The notes: generated from the letters alone by a model not told the origin. 52,485 nucleotides of DNA from an uncultured Bacilli bacterium (GCA_949745755.1 CATJZL010000053.1:1-52485); one strand, 5' to 3'; counted from the first letter of the stretch, positions 20,739 through 29,530 are shown. Numbers and translations: made by a program.

Positions 20739-21455
20739 ATGGAGAAAAAAGTATTATTCATAATACCAGCGTACAATGAAGAAAGCAATATATTAGAAAC
20801 AGTAAATAAGATTTCATCTTACGCAAAAAAAAATAAAGTGAGTTATGATTTTATTGTCATAAATGATGGTTCAACGGATAAAACGAAAGAAGTTTGTAAA
20901 AAAAATAATATACCCAATATAACACTAATTCACAATTTAGGAATAGGGGGGGCAGTACAAACAGGCTATAAATATGCCTTAGAAAATGGATATGATATTG
21001 CAATACAATTTGATGGAGATGGTCAACACGATATAAAATATGCAAAAAAGTTAATAGATACAATCGATGAAAATATTGATTTAGTAATAGGATCGAGATA
21101 TATAACAGATAATAAAAGCAAGTTTCAATCCACGTTTATGAGAAGAGTGGGAAGTACTTGTATCAAAAAATGCATAAAACTCTTTACAAAAGAAACAATT
21201 ACAGATCCAACATCAGGCTTTAGAGCAGCTTCTAAAAAAGTAATAGAAGAATTTGCCCTTTCCTATCCAATAGAATATCCAGAGCCAATATCAATAGTCG
21301 AATTACTAAAAAAGAAGTATAAAATAAAAGAAATACCAGTCAATATGAATGAACGAATAGGCGGAGAATCTTCCATTCGAGCTTGGAAATGTGCATATTA
21401 TATGATTAATGTATGCTTATCAATATTCTTTGTATTTATGAGAGGTGATAAATAA
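20739..21455 (+). CDS. GT2 undecaprenyl-phosphate glycosyltransferase (DPM-synthase/GacI-like)
   Basis: IPAYNE, NLGIGGAVQTG, QFDGDGQHD, VIGSR, DPTSGFRA; coupled to DUF2304. Confidence 0.88.
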   Translation: MEKKVLFIIPAYNEESNILETVNKISSYAKKNKVSYDFIVINDGSTDKTKEVCKKNNIPNITLIHNLGIGGAVQTGYKYALENGYDIAIQFDGDGQHDIKYAKKLIDTIDENIDLVIGSRYITDNKSKFQSTFMRRVGSTCIKKCIKLFTKETITDPTSGFRAASKKVIEEFALSYPIEYPEPISIVELLKKKYKIKEIPVNMNERIGGESSIRAWKCAYYMINVCLSIFFVFMRGDK

Positions 21456-21796
21456 TGAGTCTAAATTTAAGATTTGGCCTTTTAGTAACATCATTTTTGC
21501 TCCTACTAATAGTTCTTCATTTTACTATAAAAGGTAAAATACCCATAAAGTACTCACTAGTATGGTTATTATCTATTTTAATCTTATTATCAACAGCAAT
21601 TGTTCCCAATATATTAGTAATAATATCTAAACTAATAGGATTTGTAACAATGTCTAATATGATTATTGGAATGATTTTAATATTACTATTATTAATAACA
21701 TTTACATTAACAATCATAGTATCAGGACAACAAAGAAAAATAAACCTACTTATTCAGGAAATATCAATACTAAAAGCAACTATAAATAAAAAATAA
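21455..21796 (+). CDS. DUF2304 small membrane activator (GacJ-like)
   Basis: 3 TM helices, YSLVW, C-terminal L.QEISIL; overlaps the GT2 stop codon. Confidence 0.85.
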   Translation: MSLNLRFGLLVTSFLLLLIVLHFTIKGKIPIKYSLVWLLSILILLSTAIVPNILVIISKLIGFVTMSNMIIGMILILLLLITFTLTIIVSGQQRKINLLIQEISILKATINKK

Positions 21797-21892
21797 GATA
21801 GAATAAAGCGTATAAAAAATATATAGATTGTTTCCAAAAAGAAAATATTGTATAATGATACTATGAAAATATAGGAAGATTGGAGTAATAAT

Positions 21893-24592
21893 ATGTACAA
21901 AAAGAAAAACAAAATACTATATATGTTAATGATAATCAGCTATCTATCTTCATTCTATGTGTATCCATTATCAGTATATGCATTAGAAATAGATACTATA
22001 GAGAAAAATCAAAATATCGAAGTCCAAGAAGAAAAAAAGGAAAAAGAAGAGAAAACAGAATTAGATTTATCTTTCTCTGATACAATAAAATTAGAATTAG
22101 AGATAGAAGAAAAAGAGACTATAATTAAAAGATACTTAAAAGAAAAATTAAATATAGAAAAAGATATAGAAATAAATTTAGATGCTATGACTTATAGAGT
22201 AAAAGATCAAGAGGATAAAAGAATCAAACAATTTGTATACAATAAAAATAATATACTAGAATTGAACATAGAAGAAAAAGAAGACTATAGTAATGAAATT
22301 AAAAACGAAATATCTAAAATAATAAATCTAGAAAAAGAAAAGTTTAATGTTAAAAAAATAGAGAATAATCAATATAGTATAAATAATGAAAAAGATAAGA
22401 AGGTAATAATTAAAATAGCAAATAAGAAAAAAGATGAGAGTAATTTTTATACTTCAAAAAATTTATTAGAAAAACAAGATATAGGCTTATCAATTAAAAC
22501 ACACATACAAGATATAGGATGGCAAAATGAGGTAACAGATGGAGAAATAGCAGGAACGATAGGAATGAATAAATCATTAGAAGCTATACAAATAGCAATA
22601 AATAATAATGGTTTAACAGGAGAAATAAAATATCAAGCCCATGTTTCAGGTATAGGGTGGCAAAATGAAGTACAGAATAATGAAATAGCAGGAACGACAG
22701 GACAAGGAAGAAGTATAGAAGCCATTCGTATAAAATTAACAGAACAATTAGAAGCAAATTATGATATTTACTACAGAGTAAATGTAAAAAGTTATGGTTG
22801 GTTAGATTGGACAAAAAATGGAGAAAGCGCAGGGACTCTAGGTTATGGTCTAAGAATGGAATCTATTCAAATTAAATTAATGAACAAAAATGAAGCAGCA
22901 CCAGGAGAAACGATAAGACCGTTTATACAAAAACCAATGGGTGTATATTATGAAACGCATGTCCAAAATATCGGATGGCAAAATGGATTTGAAGATGGAC
23001 AAATAGCAGGAACGACAGGATTAGGGAAGGCACTAGAAGGGATAAAAATAAAATTAACAAATAATTATAGTATAGGAGAAATAAAATATCAAGCCCATGT
23101 TTCAGGTATAGGATGGCAAAATGAAGTAACAGCTGATAATTTAGCAGGAATGACAGGACAAGGAAGAAGTATAGAAGCAATTAGAATGTATCTAACAGAA
23201 GAATTAGAAAAAGAATACGATATTTACTATAGAGTACATTCTCAAAATATAGGATGGTTAGATTGGGCCAAAAACGGAGAAAATGCAGGAACACAGGGGT
23301 TTGGATATAATACAGAGGCAGTCCAAATAAAATTAGTAAAAAAAGCAGAACCAGCACCAGGTGCAACCAATAATCCCTTTCTTTTAAAAGAAACAGGTGT
23401 GTACTATGAAGCACATGTTCAAGATATAGGATGGCAAAATGGGGTAGAAAATGGAGAGATAGCAGGAACAACAGGACAAGGAAAAGCAATTGAAGGTATA
23501 AAAATACAAATAACAAATGGTAATAAAGTAGGAGAAATAAAATATCAAGCCCACGTTTCAGGTATAGGATGGCAAAGCGAAGTAAGTAGTTGGGAATTAG
23601 CAGGAACAACAGGACAAGGAAGAAGTATAGAAGCAATCAAAATGTATCTGACAGAAGAATTAGAAAAGGAATATGATATTTATTATAGAGCACATTCTCA
23701 AAATATAGGATGGTTAGATTGGGCCAAAAATGGAGAACCCGCTGGAACAAGTAGTATCGGATGGAATATGGAATCCATTCAAATAAAACTGGTAAAAAAG
23801 GGAGAACCCGCTCCAGGTGATACGACAGAACCTTATATCTCAGAATATTGGGTAAATGAGGGGGGAATACTAAAATACCATCAAGCAGATGGTACTTATG
23901 CTACAGGATTTAAAATTATAGGAAACATAAAATACTTCTTTAATATTAATGGAGAGTTATTGGGCACAAATGTAAGAAAAGTAATAGATATTTCATCACA
24001 CCAAAAGAATATAGATTGGGATATGGTAAAAAACTCAAACGAAGTAGATGCAGTCATAGTACGTGTATCAGCAGGAAGTGCTTATGAAGACACAATGTTA
24101 GAAAGAAATATAAAGGAATTAAATAGATTAGGAATACCTTATGGAATATATTTATATAGTTATGCAGAAGATGCAATAGGTACAGTTCAAGACCTAGGAA
24201 CAATGCATGAAGGAGCATTAGAAGCCCAAAGAATAATCAATGCCATAAATAAATATAAAATGCATCTCTCTTTCCCAATATATTATGACTTAGAGAAATG
24301 GGATCACAATAACAACAATGCATTATGGCAACCTAATCATTATTTACCAATAGTACGAGCATTTGGACAAGTAATGGATGCAGCAGGACAAAAGTGGCAA
24401 ATATATACAAATAAAGTATGGGCTGATACAGCATTAAACACACCAGAACTAAGAGATAAAGTAGACTGGATAGCACAATACAATAATTATGGATGCACAT
24501 ATACAGGAAGCTATTCAGGATGGCAATATACATCATCTGGAAATATTCCAGGAATAAAGGGAAATGTAGATATAAATGTATGGTTTAAATAG
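21893..24592 (+). CDS. Secreted GH25 muramidase with nine ChW (clostridial hydrophobic W) repeats
   Basis: Signal peptide (..SVYA); nine H[VIS]..IGW-type repeats; GH25 motifs IDISSHQ, YYDLE, WIAQY, WQYTS.G...GI.G.VD. Confidence 0.9.
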   Translation: MYKKKNKILYMLMIISYLSSFYVYPLSVYALEIDTIEKNQNIEVQEEKKEKEEKTELDLSFSDTIKLELEIEEKETIIKRYLKEKLNIEKDIEINLDAMTYRVKDQEDKRIKQFVYNKNNILELNIEEKEDYSNEIKNEISKIINLEKEKFNVKKIENNQYSINNEKDKKVIIKIANKKKDESNFYTSKNLLEKQDIGLSIKTHIQDIGWQNEVTDGEIAGTIGMNKSLEAIQIAINNNGLTGEIKYQAHVSGIGWQNEVQNNEIAGTTGQGRSIEAIRIKLTEQLEANYDIYYRVNVKSYGWLDWTKNGESAGTLGYGLRMESIQIKLMNKNEAAPGETIRPFIQKPMGVYYETHVQNIGWQNGFEDGQIAGTTGLGKALEGIKIKLTNNYSIGEIKYQAHVSGIGWQNEVTADNLAGMTGQGRSIEAIRMYLTEELEKEYDIYYRVHSQNIGWLDWAKNGENAGTQGFGYNTEAVQIKLVKKAEPAPGATNNPFLLKETGVYYEAHVQDIGWQNGVENGEIAGTTGQGKAIEGIKIQITNGNKVGEIKYQAHVSGIGWQSEVSSWELAGTTGQGRSIEAIKMYLTEELEKEYDIYYRAHSQNIGWLDWAKNGEPAGTSSIGWNMESIQIKLVKKGEPAPGDTTEPYISEYWVNEGGILKYHQADGTYATGFKIIGNIKYFFNINGELLGTNVRKVIDISSHQKNIDWDMVKNSNEVDAVIVRVSAGSAYEDTMLERNIKELNRLGIPYGIYLYSYAEDAIGTVQDLGTMHEGALEAQRIINAINKYKMHLSFPIYYDLEKWDHNNNNALWQPNHYLPIVRAFGQVMDAAGQKWQIYTNKVWADTALNTPELRDKVDWIAQYNNYGCTYTGSYSGWQYTSSGNIPGIKGNVDINVWFK
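22490..23830 (+). repeat. Three ~456-bp intragenic tandem units (each a ChW triplet)
   Basis: GGAGAAATAAAATATCAAGCCCA recurs at 22619, 23075 and 23531 (period 456 bp). Confidence 0.9.
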
Positions 24593-24595
24593 AAC

Positions 24596-24633
24596 AAAAA
24601 AATATTGGAAATAAAAAATTTTCAATATTTTTA
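24596..24633 (+). terminator. Hairpin terminator after GH25 gene
   Basis: AAAAATATTG..CAATATTTTT inverted repeat. Confidence 0.6.
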
Positions 24634-24660
24634 ATATAAATAACAAAAAGAAATAAAATA

Positions 24661-24712
24661 TTTTCTTGGCTCTATCGTAGAAAGTCATTTACACAGATTT
24701 TAGAGCACACTC
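24661..24712 (-). mobile_element. Orphan IS256-family terminal remnant
   Basis: Reverse complement GAGTGTGCTCTAAAATCTGTGTAA matches the IS end at 52387 in 19/24 nt; subterminal CTTTC.A.GATAGA..AAGAAA is also shared. Confidence 0.7.
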
Positions 24713-24732
24713 AGGACAAATTTTAGACAAAT

Positions 24733-24761
24733 AAAAAAGATTGACTGCATTCAATCTTTTT
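24733..24761 (-). terminator. Intrinsic terminator of the minus-strand surface-protein gene
   Basis: Perfect AAAAAGATTGA/TCAATCTTTTT stem, 6-nt loop. Confidence 0.8.
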
Positions 24762-24768
24762 CATATTA

Positions 24769-26679
24769 CTAAGCCTCCTTAGCTTCAGCAGTAGTCATGA
24801 TTTTAGATTTTAATGACTTTAATGAAATAGCATCAGTTAATGTTGAATCATCATCTTTAAGTGTAACGGTTTTTAATTCTTCATTAAGTTCTTCAAATTG
24901 TTCATGTGTCAATCTATATGATTTTGTAACAGTCGTATCTCCTTCAGTTGTAGTTATAGTTTGCCATTTTCCATCTAATGAATTTAATAATTCTTGAACC
25001 TCAGTTACTAATTTCATATCTTCAGAAGAATTAGATAATACATTAGCAGTACCAGTTTTAGCTTTAGTATAAACTGTTTCTACAGCTTTATCTGTATATA
25101 AAGTATCATCAGATTCCTTAGTTTTTAATTCTTCTAAATCTTCAAGAGCTGTATCAATAATAGTTTTTAAAGTTGCCTTACTAGTATCACTATAATTAGT
25201 ATTATCAAAATTTGTTAAATCATCAATTGCATTTTTTATAGCAAGACTTGTATTATATTTAGCTTTTGTTACACGAGAATCCATAGCAGCTTCAAACACA
25301 GTAATCATTTTCTCTACATCATCATTTTCTTTTTTATCAAATTCTTCCATATTCATACTATAACTATATTCAGTTATAAATGCAGTTCCATCTTTTAAAT
25401 CTGGATTATTATATTGCTCAGTATATAAATCTCTAACAGTAGATTTTGTTGCATTGTAGATATTTCCTTTAGCCTGATCTAAAGCTTCATTGATTTCTTC
25501 TTCAGAAGTAGCAGATTGAATAGAAGCTTTTTCACTACTGATTACCTCTTGTAAAAGCATGGCGTAAGTTGTAGTCTCATCATAAGAAATACCCTTAACT
25601 TCTCCACTTAGTTTAGAAATATAAGTATTTAATTCAGATAATGCAGCATCTATTTTTCCAGCTAATTCTTTAATTTCTTTAATAGCATCCTTAGCTTCTG
25701 AAATAGCACTTTCTAATTCTTTATCTGTAGTATTAACAGTAATATTATTGATAACTCCATCAACAATTTCTTCCACAGCCTGAACCCTTTTAACATCAGT
25801 AGTAGTGATATAGTTATTTAATTCTGTTAAAGCAGTATCAGTATTTTTAAGTACTTTTTCCGCACCAGCTGTAATAGAATCAATTTCTTCTTGAGAAATA
25901 GCTCCTTTAATATCAGCAATGGCCTTATCATAAATAGCAACGATAGCTTCATCAGTATTGTTAGTAGTAGCAGCCTTTGCACTTTCTATCTTACTAACTG
26001 CTCTTTCCTTAGAATCCTTTAAAAATAATTCATTTACTTGCTTCATTAAAGTATCTAATTTTTCATTTAATTCACTATAAGATTTAGCAGCACTAATAGC
26101 ATCTTCTAAAGCTTCATTGATTTCTTCTTTGCTAGTAGCAGCATGAATAGCTCTAATACCATTTTTAGCAATGTTTCTTATAGCTTGATTTTCACTATTC
26201 TTATAAACATCTAATTTTTGTATAGCTTCTTCTTTAGCAGCTTTCAAATCACTAACAGGAGGCTTTTCATTACCTGTTTTTACAATTCTAGCTTCTAAAG
26301 CTTCCATACTTTTTCCTAGACCTTCAGTACCAACCATTTCACCAGAAGTCATCCAGTCCATCCAACCAATATTTTGAACATGAGCTCTGTATTCTAGCCT
26401 ATATCCCTGTTCTTCTAAGCCATCAGCTCTTATAATAAGAGCTTCTACACCCTTAGCAATACCAGTAGTTCCAATAATATCCTCTTCAGAAACATTACGT
26501 ATCCATCCAATGTTTTGAACATGAACATCAAAAGATAATTTTACATTCTCAATATTTTCAAGACTTATTTTTAAAGCCTCTAATTTTAAACCATTACCAG
26601 TAGTTCCAGCAATACTATTTCTGACTGTTGGTAGCCATCCAATATTCTGTACATGAGCATCGATGCGAATTGAAGGCAT
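24769..26679 (-). CDS. Surface-protein body: three ChW repeats plus Ala/Glu/Lys-rich helical repeats; lacks a translatable signal peptide in this orientation
   Basis: HVQNIGW x3; repeats ATSKEEINEAL / AISQEEID / ATSEEEINEAL; frame stays open upstream to 26730 (LILLYSSLLIIPVNAAE) with no RBS before ATG 26679. Confidence 0.8.
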   Translation of the reverse strand: MPSIRIDAHVQNIGWLPTVRNSIAGTTGNGLKLEALKISLENIENVKLSFDVHVQNIGWIRNVSEEDIIGTTGIAKGVEALIIRADGLEEQGYRLEYRAHVQNIGWMDWMTSGEMVGTEGLGKSMEALEARIVKTGNEKPPVSDLKAAKEEAIQKLDVYKNSENQAIRNIAKNGIRAIHAATSKEEINEALEDAISAAKSYSELNEKLDTLMKQVNELFLKDSKERAVSKIESAKAATTNNTDEAIVAIYDKAIADIKGAISQEEIDSITAGAEKVLKNTDTALTELNNYITTTDVKRVQAVEEIVDGVINNITVNTTDKELESAISEAKDAIKEIKELAGKIDAALSELNTYISKLSGEVKGISYDETTTYAMLLQEVISSEKASIQSATSEEEINEALDQAKGNIYNATKSTVRDLYTEQYNNPDLKDGTAFITEYSYSMNMEEFDKKENDDVEKMITVFEAAMDSRVTKAKYNTSLAIKNAIDDLTNFDNTNYSDTSKATLKTIIDTALEDLEELKTKESDDTLYTDKAVETVYTKAKTGTANVLSNSSEDMKLVTEVQELLNSLDGKWQTITTTEGDTTVTKSYRLTHEQFEELNEELKTVTLKDDDSTLTDAISLKSLKSKIMTTAEAKEA

Positions 26680-26686
26680 TTCAGCA

Positions 26687-26714
26687 GCATTTACTGGGAT
26701 AATTAATAATGAAC
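26687..26714 (-). repeat. Left imperfect inverted site (candidate recombination site)
   Basis: Minus strand GTTCATTATTAATTATCCCAGTAAATGC; 16/28 identical to 27106-27133 on +. Confidence 0.45.
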
Positions 26715-26860
26715 TGTATAAAAGAATAAGTTATTTAGTATTTCTAATTTTGATATTCATACATAAGATAATAAAGAAGTACTAATTTTTTATTTTTAAT
26801 CTACAAAAATAAAATATAAAAATTGCTTTTAACTGAATTTAATAATTTTCAGTAAAATTA

Positions 26861-26889
26861 TTGAATAATTATTTTTTTTATGATATAAG
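26861..26889 (+). promoter_or_regulatory. Putative sigma-A promoter inside the candidate invertible segment
   Basis: TTGAAT-N17-TATAAG with extended -10 TG. Confidence 0.6.
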
Positions 26890-27035
26890 TAAGATGTATT
26901 CTTTTGATTTTATTGAAAAGTTAGAACTTATTAAATTTAACAAAATAAGGCAATATTGAACAAGGAGGTGGATTAGGTAGTAACAATCTTCAATAAAATT
27001 AAAAAAATAATATATGAAAGGAAAAGGAAGTAATT

Positions 27036-27143
27036 ATGAAAAATAATTTAACTAAAAAAACAAGTAAAGGATTATTAGCTGCGCTTGCTATGACAGCTGC
27101 ATTAGGTTCTACTGCAGTTATTCCACTTCCTGCCATCAAATGA
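27036..27143 (+). CDS. 35-aa orphan signal-peptide stub MKNNLTKKTSKGLLAALAMTAALGSTAVIPLPAIK (not in ORF track)
   Basis: AAAGGAAG RBS; basic n-region and Ala/Leu h-region, no mature domain. Confidence 0.75.
   Translation: MKNNLTKKTSKGLLAALAMTAALGSTAVIPLPAIK
27106..27133 (+). repeat. Right imperfect inverted site (candidate recombination site)
   Basis: GTTCTACTGCAGTTATTCCACTTCCTGC; shared pattern GTTC-N8-TTATYCCAST-N3-TGC. Confidence 0.45.
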
Positions 27144-27342
27144 CACCATTTTCCTACGTTTATATATTATATAACTTGATAACAATACAAAAAATAAAGT
27201 TTGAAAAGCTATCTAAAAAACCCAGCCACCTAAAAGGATGGACTTTTTTGTTATAAGATTGGATAGCATAAAAATTGACTTTCAAAGGAGCAATAAGGTA
27301 TACTGAATATAGAAACCATAACAATGGATCGGAGGGATATCT

Positions 27343-28134
27343 ATGAATATACATACATTTGTAGTACTAGCATATAAAAAGTCAAATAAACTAGAATCCT
27401 GTATAAAATCAGTATTAAATCAAAGTATAAAAACAAATGTAATGATTGCCACTTCAACTCCTAATAAATATATAGAGAACATGGCAAAAAAATATAAATT
27501 AGAAGTATGTGTTAATAAAGAATCAAATGGAATAGGAAACGATTTTGATTTTGCCACAAATTGTATAGATACAAAGCTTATAACAATAGCCCATCAAGAC
27601 GACATTTATGATTTTGATTATGCAAAAGAAGTAATAGAAAAATACAAAAAATTTCCAGATGCATTAATTATATTCACAGATTATTATGAAATAAAAAATG
27701 AGAAGAAGGAAAAAAGCAATATAAATTTAAAAATAAAAAGAATATTATTATTCCCGTTAAGATTCCATAGATTATCAGGTCTAAAAATAATAAAGAGAAG
27801 TGCATTAAGATTTGGAAACTCCATTTGCTGTCCTGCAGTAACATTTGTAACAAAAAATGTTCCAAAAGAAAAATTTTCTTGTAAATTTAAATGTGATGTG
27901 GACTGGTATGCTTGGGAAAAAATATCAAAAAACAAGGGGAAATATATATATATACCAAAAAAATTGATGGGACACAGAATTCATGAAGACTCAACAACCA
28001 CTAAAATTATAGAAAATAATATAAGAACAGAAGAAGATTTAGAAATGTTCAAGAAGTTTTGGCCTACTTGCCTTGCTAAAAAAATAAATAAATTATATGC
28101 AAAATCAGAAAACAACAATCAAGTAAAACAGTAA
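27343..28134 (+). CDS. GT2 glycosyltransferase
   Basis: IAHQDD, ICCPAV, DW..W, HRIH..S; GGAGG RBS. Confidence 0.85.
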   Translation: MNIHTFVVLAYKKSNKLESCIKSVLNQSIKTNVMIATSTPNKYIENMAKKYKLEVCVNKESNGIGNDFDFATNCIDTKLITIAHQDDIYDFDYAKEVIEKYKKFPDALIIFTDYYEIKNEKKEKSNINLKIKRILLFPLRFHRLSGLKIIKRSALRFGNSICCPAVTFVTKNVPKEKFSCKFKCDVDWYAWEKISKNKGKYIYIPKKLMGHRIHEDSTTTKIIENNIRTEEDLEMFKKFWPTCLAKKINKLYAKSENNNQVKQ

Positions 28135-28152
28135 AAAACGAAAGAAGAAAAA

Positions 28153-28608
28153 ATGGAAACAAATAAAATAGATAAATCAATAATAAAGATACTAAAACTA
28201 TTTCATATAAAAGCAAATAAAAAAATAGAAAAATTAATTATCCAAATAATTAAATTTATTATAGTAGGAGGAACAGCATTTATACTAGATTTCTTGTTTT
28301 TATATTTATTTAAAGAAATATTTGACTTATCCATACTCGTATCGAATACCTTATCCTTTTGTATTTCAGTCATTTATAATTATATAGCAAGTACAAAATG
28401 GGTTTTTGATTTAAAAAAAGAAAGAAGTAAAGAAAAAAATTTTATAATATTTATAATATTTAGTATCCTTGGACTAATAATCAATGATACAATTATGCTC
28501 ATAATGAATGACAAAATAAAAATCCATTATTTAATCTCTAAAATAATGGCAACTATTTTGGTAATGATTTTTAATTTTATAACAAGAAAAAAATTTTTGG
28601 AAAAATGA
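28153..28608 (+). CDS. GtrA family small flippase
   Basis: QIIKFIIVGG, NY....KWVF, NF...K; 4 TM helices. Confidence 0.9.
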   Translation: METNKIDKSIIKILKLFHIKANKKIEKLIIQIIKFIIVGGTAFILDFLFLYLFKEIFDLSILVSNTLSFCISVIYNYIASTKWVFDLKKERSKEKNFIIFIIFSILGLIINDTIMLIMNDKIKIHYLISKIMATILVMIFNFITRKKFLEK

Positions 28609-28640
28609 AAAATATATAATATAAAAAGTTATAGTAGAGT

Positions 28641-29165
28641 TTAATCAATATCAAAGGATATGTAATCTTCTATCTTTTCTATATTTCGATTAAGGATACG
28701 AGAAGCTTCCTTCAATTTTTCAGAAACTTCCTTTATAGTCATAGAATTAGAATAGAAATTAGAATGATCAATACGATCTATTATATCTGCAAATATACCT
28801 TTACATAGTAATGCAGTTTTCCTCCGTTCCTCAATCTCTTTCATAAGATTAGAATAAAACTCTTTATAGTTTTCGAGTTGCCTTCTATATTTTTTAATAA
28901 AAAGTATATCCTCTAAATCTTTACTAAGAGAAATAGCCTCTTGATCATACCCAGCCCTTTGCATAAGCAGAATTAAATCTAAATTTAAAACTTCAGCCAA
29001 ACCTTTTAAATACAAAAGATTAGGCTTTTTTCTTTTTCCAGCTTCAATACGAGATAATTCGGCACAATCCATATGAATTAAATGTGCCAGTTGTCGTTGA
29101 GAAAGTCCATATTGATTACGCGCTTGACGTATAAGAAACCCCAAACTATTCTCTGCTTCACTCAT
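28641..29165 (-). CDS. XRE-family HTH regulator with coiled-coil C-terminus
   Basis: R...GLSQRQLA......LSRIEAG.R..P; GGAGGGGG RBS on minus strand. Confidence 0.85.
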   Translation of the reverse strand: MSEAENSLGFLIRQARNQYGLSQRQLAHLIHMDCAELSRIEAGKRKKPNLLYLKGLAEVLNLDLILLMQRAGYDQEAISLSKDLEDILFIKKYRRQLENYKEFYSNLMKEIEERRKTALLCKGIFADIIDRIDHSNFYSNSMTIKEVSEKLKEASRILNRNIEKIEDYISFDID

Positions 29166-29184
29166 ATAAAAGATTCCCCCTCCT

Positions 29185-29244
29185 TTTGTTTATACTAAAT
29201 AAACAAACTAATGATAATAATATTGTTTAAACAAATTATATCAT
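29185..29244. promoter_or_regulatory. Two palindromic operator candidates between XRE and recombinase genes
   Basis: TTTGTTTAT-N5-ATAAACAAA (29185-29207) and ATGATA..TTGTTTAAACAA..TATCAT (29211-29244). Confidence 0.55.
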
Positions 29245-29281
29245 AGGTTATTGATAAAATCATCAGATATTTATAAGAGTA

Positions 29282-29310
29282 TTGACAAACTCAAAATCAA
29301 CTGATATAAT
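29282..29310 (+). promoter_or_regulatory. Perfect-consensus sigma-A promoter
   Basis: TTGACA-N17-TATAAT with extended -10 TG. Confidence 0.85.
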
Positions 29311-29365
29311 ATGGTCACTTTTTTGCCTAATGGTAAAGTAGTAGAAAAAAGAAGGAGAAAATACA

Positions 29366-29512
29366 ATGAAAAAAGGAATGACAAAACAAGAAATTGAAAA
29401 AAAAATTGATGAAACAATTAATCTAACAATAATATCAAAACTTTTAAACAAAAAATTAATCACGGAACAACAATTTTATACTTTAAAGGAAAAAATTAAA
29501 AAGATGTATTAA
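29366..29512 (+). CDS. 48-aa SHOCT-like protein preceding the recombinase (not in ORF track)
   Basis: AAGGAG RBS; MKKGMTKQEIEKKIDETINLTIISKLLNKKLITEQQFYTLKEKIKKMY with L...LIT..[EQ][FY] pattern. Confidence 0.7.
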   Translation: MKKGMTKQEIEKKIDETINLTIISKLLNKKLITEQQFYTLKEKIKKMY

Positions 29513-29530
29513 ATAAGAAGGGAAGATTTT

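Noticed and set aside
22490-23830. DNA repeats as CRISPR array or DGR template/variable repeats
   Set aside because: In-frame ChW domain repeats with 456-bp period; no spacers, cas genes or reverse transcriptase in the window
25478-26129. 25-bp direct repeat TCTAAAGCTTCATTGATTTCTTCTT (25478, 26105) as recombination site
   Set aside because: Explained by the repeated peptide EEINEAL in the helical repeats
27214-27250. Hairpin as an IS200/IS605 end
   Set aside because: Imperfect stem, no tnpA/tnpB or partner end; more simply a weak terminator
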